The notes beneath the pieces were generated by a model. That model made no database searches, had not been told where the DNA came from, and saw only the letters and a list, made by a program, of their open reading frames with translations. A program made the position numbers and the translations under genes. A stretch of DNA of 24,689 bases from UHGV virus genome UHGV-1601690. One strand, written 5' to 3'. The stretch comes from a virus. Positions 11,596 through 18,836 of this stretch are shown here, piece by piece (the first letter of the stretch is position 1; every line of letters starts with the position of its first letter).

Positions 11596-11847
11596 TCACC
11601 TTCGTCTGCGTGCCATATATTTGCGCACCGCGCGGCGTGGACAATCTGAAGCGGTTTCTTTCTGCTGCATCAATCTCGCGGCCATGCTCAAAAATGTCAG
11701 GCACAGCCGAAGCCCAGCATACAATAGCGGTTCCAGTGGCCACGTTTCATTAAGCACATATACCGCCATGAAAATCGAGTCGAAAACTATCGCTGCCAGC
11801 GATAACTTCATTGTCGAAAGTCTGCGGAGCTGCCGGAGTTTATTCAT
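11596..11847 (-). CDS. Small two-TMD membrane protein with a basic C-terminus, holin/pinholin-like, overlapping the lyz stop
   Basis: 83-aa ORF; ATG at 11845-11847 overlaps the lyz 3' end by 8 nt. Hydrophobic segments LSLAAIVFDSIFMAVYVL and PLLYAGLRLCLTFLSMAA, then RRAVRKYMARRRR. Confidence 0.4.
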   Translation of the reverse strand: MNKLRQLRRLSTMKLSLAAIVFDSIFMAVYVLNETWPLEPLLYAGLRLCLTFLSMAARLMQQKETASDCPRRAVRKYMARRRR

Positions 11848-12397
11848 TGACCAGTCCCGTCAGGCAAAGCAGGCGTTCTTTTTCACGGCGAATCTTTAAA
11901 CCTCGCAGGGGCACGCCGTTACTGTTCACAAAATCAGGGAGATGGTTACACATATTCACCCATTCCCCTTTCTGCGCCCACTTGTGGATGGACGTTTCGA
12001 CTCGCATGCCTCGCGCTTTGCTGTAGTAGGTCCGTAAGCTATTGCATCCCATATTGAATGCCGCGCTTGTCATTGCACTGAAGGCATTATCGGGCATGTC
12101 TTTGCCCCGGAAGTGCTGATTAATACAGCGTTCAGCGATCAGGATATTCTTTTCCCAATCAGCGGCGATTTGCTGGTCGGTTTTTCGCACACCCGGCGTT
12201 ACCCCGTGTGTATTACCGATCCCGTCAGTCCATACCCCCGCCGGGCACATGTATGGATCACGTCGGCAACCTTCAGCGTTTCCGATAAGCTCAAGCCCCG
12301 CCTGGTTGGTTCGCACATTGCCATTACCCATCACGATGGTAATCATCACCGCGATAGCGCAAATTGCACCGCCTCCTGCGGCTGTTTTTCCCTTCAT
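11840..12397 (-). CDS. lyz: SAR (signal-arrest-release) endolysin, T4-lysozyme-like muramidase
   Basis: N-terminus MKGKTAAGGGAICAIAVMITIVMGNG is a Gly/Ala-rich SAR domain and matches my recollection of P1 Lyz. Catalytic region ELIGNAEGCRRDPYMCPAGVWTDGIGNTHG. Internal ATG at 12395-12397 gives 185 aa; the longer 218-aa track ORF is an upstream extension. Confidence 0.9.
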   Translation of the reverse strand: MKGKTAAGGGAICAIAVMITIVMGNGNVRTNQAGLELIGNAEGCRRDPYMCPAGVWTDGIGNTHGVTPGVRKTDQQIAADWEKNILIAERCINQHFRGKDMPDNAFSAMTSAAFNMGCNSLRTYYSKARGMRVETSIHKWAQKGEWVNMCNHLPDFVNSNGVPLRGLKIRREKERLLCLTGLVNE

Positions 12398-12530
12398 AAA
12401 GACCTCATAAGCGAATTTTTTACGCTCCAGGACAAACACCCATTCACAGCCATTACCGACTGACTCGATCCCTTTAGAAGGCACAGGATAATGCAAATCA
12501 CTTGTTAGCTACGTTTCAAAGATATACATT

Positions 12531-12547
12531 ATTGCTCTAATTAATTT
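12531..12547 (+). promoter_or_regulatory. Candidate P1 C1-repressor operator 20 nt upstream of ssb
   Basis: ATTGCTCTAATTAATTT matches the remembered C1 operator consensus ATTGCTCTAATAAATTT at 16 of 17 positions. It overlaps the expected ssb promoter. Confidence 0.45.
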
Positions 12548-12566
12548 ATTTTATTAGGTAAGATAA

Positions 12567-13055
12567 GTGGCACAACGCGGTGTAAACAAAGTCATCCTGA
12601 TTGGTACCCTGGGGCAAGACCCGGAGATCAGGTATATACCAAATGGCGGAGCGGTCGGAAGACTCAGCATCGCAACGAATGAATCATGGCGCGACAAGCA
12701 AACGGGCCAACAGAAAGAGCAAACAGAATGGCATAAAGTCGTTTTGTTCGGAAAACTTGCTGAAATTGCGAGTGAGTATTTACGAAAAGGTTCTCAGGTC
12801 TACATCGAAGGGAAACTTAAAACCCGTAAGTGGACAGATGAGGCCGGTGTAGAACGCTACACGACGGAAATTATCGTCAGCCAGGGCGGCACCATGCAAA
12901 TGATCGGCGCTCGCCGTGACGATTCACAGTCCACAAATGGCTGGGGGCAATCAAACCAACCTCAAAACCACCAGCAATACAGTGGCGGCGGTAAACCTCA
13001 GAGCAACGCCAATAACGAACCTCCAATGGACTTTGAAGACGATATTCCATTTTGA
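12567..13055 (+). CDS. ssb: Single-stranded DNA-binding protein
   Basis: 162 aa, GTG start. OB-fold N-terminus [20 protein letters not shown]...[14 protein letters not shown], Gly/Gln-rich linker, acidic tail ending DDIPF as in E. coli SSB. Confidence 0.93.
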   Translation: MAQRGVNKVILIGTLGQDPEIRYIPNGGAVGRLSIATNESWRDKQTGQQKEQTEWHKVVLFGKLAEIASEYLRKGSQVYIEGKLKTRKWTDEAGVERYTTEIIVSQGGTMQMIGARRDDSQSTNGWGQSNQPQNHQQYSGGGKPQSNANNEPPMDFEDDIPF

Positions 13056-13106
13056 GAGGGCTGAAAGTTGCTCGATTACTTAAAAATAACTTTACCTAAT
13101 TGGTGT

Positions 13107-13132
13107 AAAAAAATGGGCGCAACAAAGCGCCC
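13107..13132 (-). terminator. Rho-independent terminator downstream of the porin gene
   Basis: Stem GGGCGC / loop AACAAA / stem GCGCCC (13115-13132); on the minus strand the stem is followed by a run of seven T (13107-13113). Confidence 0.6.
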
Positions 13133-13188
13133 CAACAATAGAGTTTCAAATTAATAAAAGGGTAATAAATAACATGAAGTTAAATTGA

Positions 13189-13303
13189 GAAGAGGCAATT
13201 TTATTGCCTCTTCAAAGGTGGCATGAGGGTGCCACCTATATGCGGGCAGTGACATCACTCCCTTCCCGCATATTCTTACCTACCAAAATTAGAATTGGTA
13301 GGT
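13189..13303. repeat. Cluster of four perfect inverted repeats in the porin 3' region
   Basis: GAAGAGGCAAT-TTT-ATTGCCTCTTC (13189-13213); GGTGGCA...TGCCACC (13217-13236); ATATGCGGG...CCCGCATAT (13238-13273); ACCTACCAA...TTGGTAGGT (13278-13303, spanning the porin stop). Confidence 0.6.
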
Positions 13304-14436
13304 CATACCAACAGCAACGATGTTGTCGGTTGCAACCTCAGATGCTTTGGTAAATTCACTTTCATCAATCAGGTTGATCTTGTAGTCAACGAAAGCGGAC
13401 ATATTTTTGTTGAAGTAATAAGTCGCGCCTACGTCGATGTATTCAACTAGATCCTGGTTACCGAACGCACCAATATTTTCACCGCGAGAGTGCAGGTAAG
13501 CGATGGACGGACGCAGGCCGAAATCAAACTGGTATTGAGCAACAGCTTCAAAGTTTTTCGCTTTGTTTGCGATAAAGTCATCACCGAAGACTGTCATATT
13601 CTGAGTTTCAGAATAAGTTGCAGCCAGGTAAATGTTGTTTGCGTCATATTTCAGACCAGTAGCCCATACTTCAGCTGTTTTACCAGAAGCATTCAGAGAG
13701 CTTGCATTAGCATAGGATACCTGTCCATCAGTACGGTCAGATTTTGCATAAGTTGCGCCAATGCCAAATCCTTCATAATCATAAGTAGCTGACAGACCGA
13801 AGCCATCACCATTAGATTCAACTACGTCGCGGCCTTTCCAGTTGTTCACTTTTGCAGCACTATCATTTTTACCCTGATACTGCAAAGCAAAGTTCAGACC
13901 ATCAACCAAGCCGAAGAAATCATTGTTACGATAGGTCGCGACGCCAGTAGCACGCTGGGTCATAAATACATCAGTCTGAGTCCAGGTATCTCCACCAAAC
14001 TCCGGCAGCACGTCAGTCCAAGCGCCAACATCATACGCTACACCGTAGTTGCGACCATAGTCGAGCGAACCATAATCGCCAAAGCGAAGCCCTGCAAACG
14101 CAAGACGAGTTTTGTCTTTATCAGAACCTTCAGTTTCAGTACGGTTACCTTTAAATTCGTACTCCCACTGACCAAAACCGGTTAACTGGTCATTAATCTG
14201 AGTTTCACCTTTGAAACCAAGACGCATGTAGGTCTTGTCGCCATCTTTAAACCCATACGAGCATAAGTTTTATCCCCGTCATCACTAGCTGAAGAAGAGA
14301 AGTAATGCTCTGCATTAACTTTGCCGTACAGATCCAGTTTGTTACCGTCTTTGTTATAGATTTCTGCCGCTTGTGCAGACATTGCCATCAGGACTGATGC
14401 TGCAACCGCAGAAAGTGCCACTGTGATTTTTTTCAT
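13289..14436 (-). pseudogene. OmpC/OmpF/NmpC-family general porin (phage-borne cargo), interrupted by a frameshift
   Basis: Signal peptide plus mature N-terminus ([40 protein letters not shown]...) in ORF 14182-14436; remainder of the barrel to the C-terminal ...VGMTYQF in ORF 13289-14227, in a different frame. Confidence 0.85.
14210..14280. repeat. Diverged 35-nt direct repeat at the porin frameshift
   Basis: Minus-strand copy A gacggggataaaacttatgctcgtatgggtttaaag ([12 protein letters not shown]) is followed directly by copy B gatggcgacaagacctacatgcgtcttggtttcaaa ([12 protein letters not shown]). The copies differ mainly at third codon positions, and the 35-nt offset shifts the frame. Confidence 0.7.
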
Positions 14437-14547
14437 TTTTTTGCCCTTTAGATTGAACTTTTCAGTAGAAAAGAGGTCACTGCGGACAAATGTTTATCTT
14501 TTTTGGATTCGTGTTTCAAGTTTTGCAAATAAAAATCAAGGTATTTT

Positions 14548-14563
14548 TGTGATCAAAATCACA
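14548..14563. promoter_or_regulatory. Perfect CRP (cAMP receptor protein) consensus site upstream of the porin gene
   Basis: TGTGA-TCAAAA-TCACA, both half-sites perfect with a 6-bp spacer, about 112-127 nt upstream of the porin ATG inside a roughly 740-bp AT-rich non-coding block (14437-15175). Confidence 0.45.
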
Positions 14564-15175
14564 AATAATAACCTTGAAAACCCAATGGACTATTAGAAAA
14601 ATCTCAATTCACAGAATAAAAATTGACAAAATAGAACAAAACACAATCAACAATAAGCACAAAAGACAAACAATTAAATTAGCACAAAAATAATAACTGC
14701 AAAAATAGATAGCCTGTTAATTAATAGGGTTTTAATGGATGTGGATTTGAAATCTACTTAAAAAGTAGAGTCAAATTAATTACTGTCGATTGGGTATTAA
14801 ACTGAATCTATATTGTGAGAGTTAAAGACGATGTGTTTTAGTTATACATGTTATTCCCTAAAATGGAGTAGTCTCATCGAATTCTGATTAATAACGAGCT
14901 AAGCCAATTCATTTTAGTATGTGTATATCTTTACCCTCTGAATATGCAATGACGAAGAGATATTAAACAATATGTAGCTTCAGGATTGACTCTGGAAGAA
15001 TTAAAAGATCGGCTAAAGTGTTCAATATGTGGTGAGCGAAACGCAAAAATTAAAATTTTTTGATCTAACATATTAGGCAATAGCTTGCTTCCATAACCTA
15101 AAGCAAGCCACTACGCGTTTACTTTAAGTACACAATTAACATATCAGAACAGATTATTTGTGCACTATCAGGGAG

Positions 15176-15481
15176 TTAATATACGATCTGGTCTACATGA
15201 TCCCCAAAATCATCGTCGTCCTCATCGCCACCCTCTACTGCTGGCCAATCGACAAACCAGCCAGCGTAAAGATGCAGCGTTCGGAGAACATCACTTGCGG
15301 GAGCATCAAGGGTGTTAACGAATCCCATATAGCTATTGGGATTTGCCCCAGCTATGGCTTCAGCGATCATGTCCTCGGTAATGTCACCGGAGATAATGCT
15401 TAAACGCCCGGAAACTTCTTCATTATCATCAAATTCGATAATGGCATCTCCGCCTAATGGCGCTGCGATTTTAATCTGCAT
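15176..15481 (-). CDS. Very acidic 101-aa protein, last gene of the darA operon
   Basis: Start overlaps the ddrB 3' end by 11 nt. About 22 Asp/Glu against 3 Lys/Arg; C-terminus EGGDEDDDDFGDHVDQIVY. Confidence 0.6.
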   Translation of the reverse strand: MQIKIAAPLGGDAIIEFDDNEEVSGRLSIISGDITEDMIAEAIAGANPNSYMGFVNTLDAPASDVLRTLHLYAGWFVDWPAVEGGDEDDDDFGDHVDQIVY

Positions 15482-18458
15482 TATTTAGCTCCTTTGCCAC
15501 ACCTAATAACAGTTCCAGCAATCCGTCACCATTCATCAGTGATGCGGCAGCGGCCTCTTTGTCATGATACAACTGAAGAGCCATAGAGAATACTTCCGTT
15601 GCTGATGTTTTTGAAATAGTCGGTGCTTTCTGCCGAATTTTCCCGGAGTTACTCACTGAGGCTGGCGGGTATACCTTCGCCATATAAATATTACTCAATC
15701 GAGATCTGAAGCACCATTCAGGCTTGCCACGCCCACCGATATTGACGAAAGATGGCTTATCCCCTTCAACATTGGCCTTCAGGAATGATCGGGCTTTCTC
15801 TAACAAACCAGGGTTACTGTACTCAAGATGATGACCCAGCTCGTGCCACAGTGCACTTGCATTTTCATCGTTCAAATTGACAGCAACAACACCATTAAGA
15901 TTTGCATATGCCCTTCCCTGGTGGTGAACCACCTTTGATAAGGTCGAAATTTTACCGCCGGTCAGGCGATAAATATCAGCAAGTTCCTTGCGCAGGTCTA
16001 TCCCACCATTCTGTCCAGCGCGGGCTTCTTCCACTTCTTCCGTGATAAAAGAGTCGGCCCACTCAAGAGCTTTTTCTTCAGATACGGATGAGTTTGCGAT
16101 CGCACTGTTCATGGCAGATAACACTTTCTCGTGGACCGAACCCATACTTCGCTGATTCATTTGCCAGCGTGTCTGCGGGTTATATGAGAATCGCTTAAGT
16201 AGTTGGTCAAGCTGCTCAAGTTCTTCTTCACTGACATACCTTTTAGCCTCACCAATAATGCCAGGGAGAATATTGCCGTTAGGATTAAACGCTCGCGAAA
16301 GGAAGAGTTTCAGCGCCCCCATGCCCTCCGATGCTTCAATATCACCAATAACCCGGTTAACAATGGCCGCACTCTTCGGATTAGCATCCGCCAACGCTCT
16401 GGCTACAATTTGCAGGGACGATACGACCTCACGCTGCATATCCGTCCTGATCTCATCAATAAACTCTGGCGTTATGCCGTGCTCTTTAAGGATATCCCTG
16501 CCTTCCGCCGTTACCCCATCGATATCACCGACATGTTTATTAACCCGACTTTGCAATGCCTTAAATGCCTTCAGAATTCCACGGGCATCATCCGCTTTAC
16601 TAACGGCCTTCCTGAATGCTGGCAAGAAGTCTGAGTTAACCTCATTTTGTTGATCGGCCCACTGAATGGAGGCTTCTTTCATCTCGTCCAGAGTCAGATC
16701 ACCCAACGCAGTATGGTCTGTGAATATGAGCGACAACCTCTGAACCATTTCTGCCAATGGTGATGCCGAATGCGCCGCGCTAAGGAATGCTTTCACCCTG
16801 GTTGGGCGAATGGAAAACCAGTCAATAGCTGGTGGCATATCTCCGTTTTTTATCGCCTGCGCTATCTCGTCAAAGCCATCGCGCCCAAGGGAGGATGCGT
16901 GATTTAACAAGCCGCGAAGTAACGAATTGCTGATACCGAATAATCGGCACCATTTTTTCACGTCGGCAACAGGCATTCGAACAAAATGCGCAAGCACTTG
17001 TACAAGCTGTTCATCTTGGGGATCTGTACGGGAAAGCAGCCTGATCAGATGAATAATGTCTTTGATGCCGGATGCCCGATGTAATAGCAAACTGGTATAT
17101 GGAGCAACACCGTTGTAACTACCGCCGGAAACGGACTCGAAAAGACCGCCGGATATCCCTTGCATGCCTTCGTTTTCCAGTTCCTGAGACACCTGGCGAA
17201 GGATATCCTGTAACGACACATCACCACCGCCAAACATATCCCCCAGCGCCTGGCCCTGGTGCTGTAACTCATCATTGATACGTTGAGCCATCAATTTAAA
17301 AGCGGTGGCCATACGCTTCGCGCTACGGTTATTCGCGACGATGAACAACGCGAGAGCTTTCACTTCCGGGGCTGTTTCGCTGAACATATCCCCCTGAGCA
17401 ATAACATCGGTAATATGTTGGCCTGACTCCTTCGATTGCCTTACCAGGTCTACCGCATCTTTCAATGCCGCCAGCGCCTTTTTATCGAGGCTATCCGCTG
17501 TCTCAATGCCATCAACAATAGTTGTCACAGCCTGCTTGTGCGCTTCTCCTGATAAAGCCTGCATCTGGACAAAATCATTGGCTGCCGCATTAAGCGCCGT
17601 CAGAACATTACGCATATCCGGATCAGCTTCTTCTGCAACCATCCTTACCAGGCGCGCATCCTTATATGCCTTGGCAAAGATCGCGTTTTGTATACGGTCT
17701 ACAAGTTGCCGTGTTGGTCGCCCATCTTCCGTTACAAGGCCAGCAGCCTGTGTGGCACCAACTTGCGTCATGAATCCGCGAATAAACGCGTCATTACTGC
17801 GGCTAAGCAGATCTCCGCTTTCTGATGGGTTAAACAGCGCCATCATCGCCGGAGTTATGCTGTCAGCATCAACAAAAGCCTTTTCACTGGCTGCCATTTC
17901 CTGAAGATCAGAAATATTTGAGTCCTTGGCAAACTGAACGCGGTCAACCTTAGTTAACCGGCGGCGCACCAGTACCGGAGCCGCCATTGATTCAACCTTT
18001 TCAGGTCGTATGCCGAATTCGGTCGCATGATCAATCAGGTACTCACGATACCGATCCGCATTGCCGTCCTGATAGGCTTTGATGATCCCCATGGTCCGTC
18101 CATTACCTGACTCAACGGCATTGTCCTCACCAATTATCGGCGCGCCATGGCTGGATAAACCGGAATCGGTAAGCTGGGCAGGACGCAAATCCTTGGATAT
18201 CTGGTTGACCTGAAGAAGACTGGATGCGCGGGTCCGGTCGCGCGGCTGAAGTTCCTGGGGATAGTCAGGGTTAATTTTCCCGTCCAGAGTATTGGATACC
18301 AAAAGAGCTGAGGCATCGACGATATCAAACGCTGTTTTTACCTCGTCTCCCTTCGCTGTCACCACATACGAAACCCGCCCGTAATTGGGCAGGTTTTTTA
18401 GCAGCTCGATCAGCGTTTCTATGCTGGTGGCCATTACCACCTGATCGCTTAAGCTCAT
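15471..18458 (-). CDS. ddrB: DdrB-like large Dar accessory protein
   Basis: 995-aa ORF downstream of ddrA in the darA operon; size and position match remembered P1 DdrB. Contains an HELGHH (HExxH) motif at 15828-15845. Confidence 0.75.
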   Translation of the reverse strand: MSLSDQVVMATSIETLIELLKNLPNYGRVSYVVTAKGDEVKTAFDIVDASALLVSNTLDGKINPDYPQELQPRDRTRASSLLQVNQISKDLRPAQLTDSGLSSHGAPIIGEDNAVESGNGRTMGIIKAYQDGNADRYREYLIDHATEFGIRPEKVESMAAPVLVRRRLTKVDRVQFAKDSNISDLQEMAASEKAFVDADSITPAMMALFNPSESGDLLSRSNDAFIRGFMTQVGATQAAGLVTEDGRPTRQLVDRIQNAIFAKAYKDARLVRMVAEEADPDMRNVLTALNAAANDFVQMQALSGEAHKQAVTTIVDGIETADSLDKKALAALKDAVDLVRQSKESGQHITDVIAQGDMFSETAPEVKALALFIVANNRSAKRMATAFKLMAQRINDELQHQGQALGDMFGGGDVSLQDILRQVSQELENEGMQGISGGLFESVSGGSYNGVAPYTSLLLHRASGIKDIIHLIRLLSRTDPQDEQLVQVLAHFVRMPVADVKKWCRLFGISNSLLRGLLNHASSLGRDGFDEIAQAIKNGDMPPAIDWFSIRPTRVKAFLSAAHSASPLAEMVQRLSLIFTDHTALGDLTLDEMKEASIQWADQQNEVNSDFLPAFRKAVSKADDARGILKAFKALQSRVNKHVGDIDGVTAEGRDILKEHGITPEFIDEIRTDMQREVVSSLQIVARALADANPKSAAIVNRVIGDIEASEGMGALKLFLSRAFNPNGNILPGIIGEAKRYVSEEELEQLDQLLKRFSYNPQTRWQMNQRSMGSVHEKVLSAMNSAIANSSVSEEKALEWADSFITEEVEEARAGQNGGIDLRKELADIYRLTGGKISTLSKVVHHQGRAYANLNGVVAVNLNDENASALWHELGHHLEYSNPGLLEKARSFLKANVEGDKPSFVNIGGRGKPEWCFRSRLSNIYMAKVYPPASVSNSGKIRQKAPTISKTSATEVFSMALQLYHDKEAAAASLMNGDGLLELLLGVAKELNNAD

Positions 18459-18470
18459 CCCTGTTACGCC

Positions 18471-18836
18471 TTATTCTGCCTCTTTAATGTTGGCGGCTAT
18501 CCATGCCGCCGTGTGCTGTTTAACCTGGTCCAGGTCGATGTATGTGCCAACATATTGACTCAAGTCCTGTAACGTACCGATAAATGCATCAGTGCTCTGA
18601 TCGACGAATTTATCAGCCAGGAAATCAGCAACCAGTTTTGGCACACCATCATGTACCGAAGGTTGTTTTTCCTCGCCACTACCGCTGCCGGACGCGCCGT
18701 ACCCCATCTGTTGCATGATCTGGTCAATTTCATCGCTGATATCCAGCAACTCCATGCCACTCGCGGTCGCCGCTTTGGACATCAGAGCATCCAACTTATC
18801 GCTGAGATCCATTAACTCAATAGCTGATAGTGTCAT
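18471..18836 (-). CDS. ddrA: DdrA-like small acidic Dar accessory protein
   Basis: 121-aa ORF; start overlaps the darA stop by 4 nt. Assignment by operon position. Confidence 0.7.
   Translation of the reverse strand: MTLSAIELMDLSDKLDALMSKAATASGMELLDISDEIDQIMQQMGYGASGSGSGEEKQPSVHDGVPKLVADFLADKFVDQSTDAFIGTLQDLSQYVGTYIDLDQVKQHTAAWIAANIKEAE

Noticed and set aside
11840-12496. 218-aa extended version of the lyz ORF starting MHYPVPSKG
   Set aside because: The internal ATG at 12395-12397 gives the SAR N-terminus MKGKTAAGGG and a 185-aa product; the upstream extension overlaps the promoter region and adds a non-SAR leader.
13289-14436. Porin frameshift as programmed ribosomal frameshifting
   Set aside because: The junction is a 35-nt diverged duplication, not a slippery heptamer with a downstream structure; a recombination or assembly junction is far more plausible.
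16203-16653. Plus-strand ORFs (143 and 131 aa) inside ddrB, and similar ones inside darA (19364-19735)
   Set aside because: Antisense to long, operon-embedded genes; no start context. Treated as shadow ORFs.
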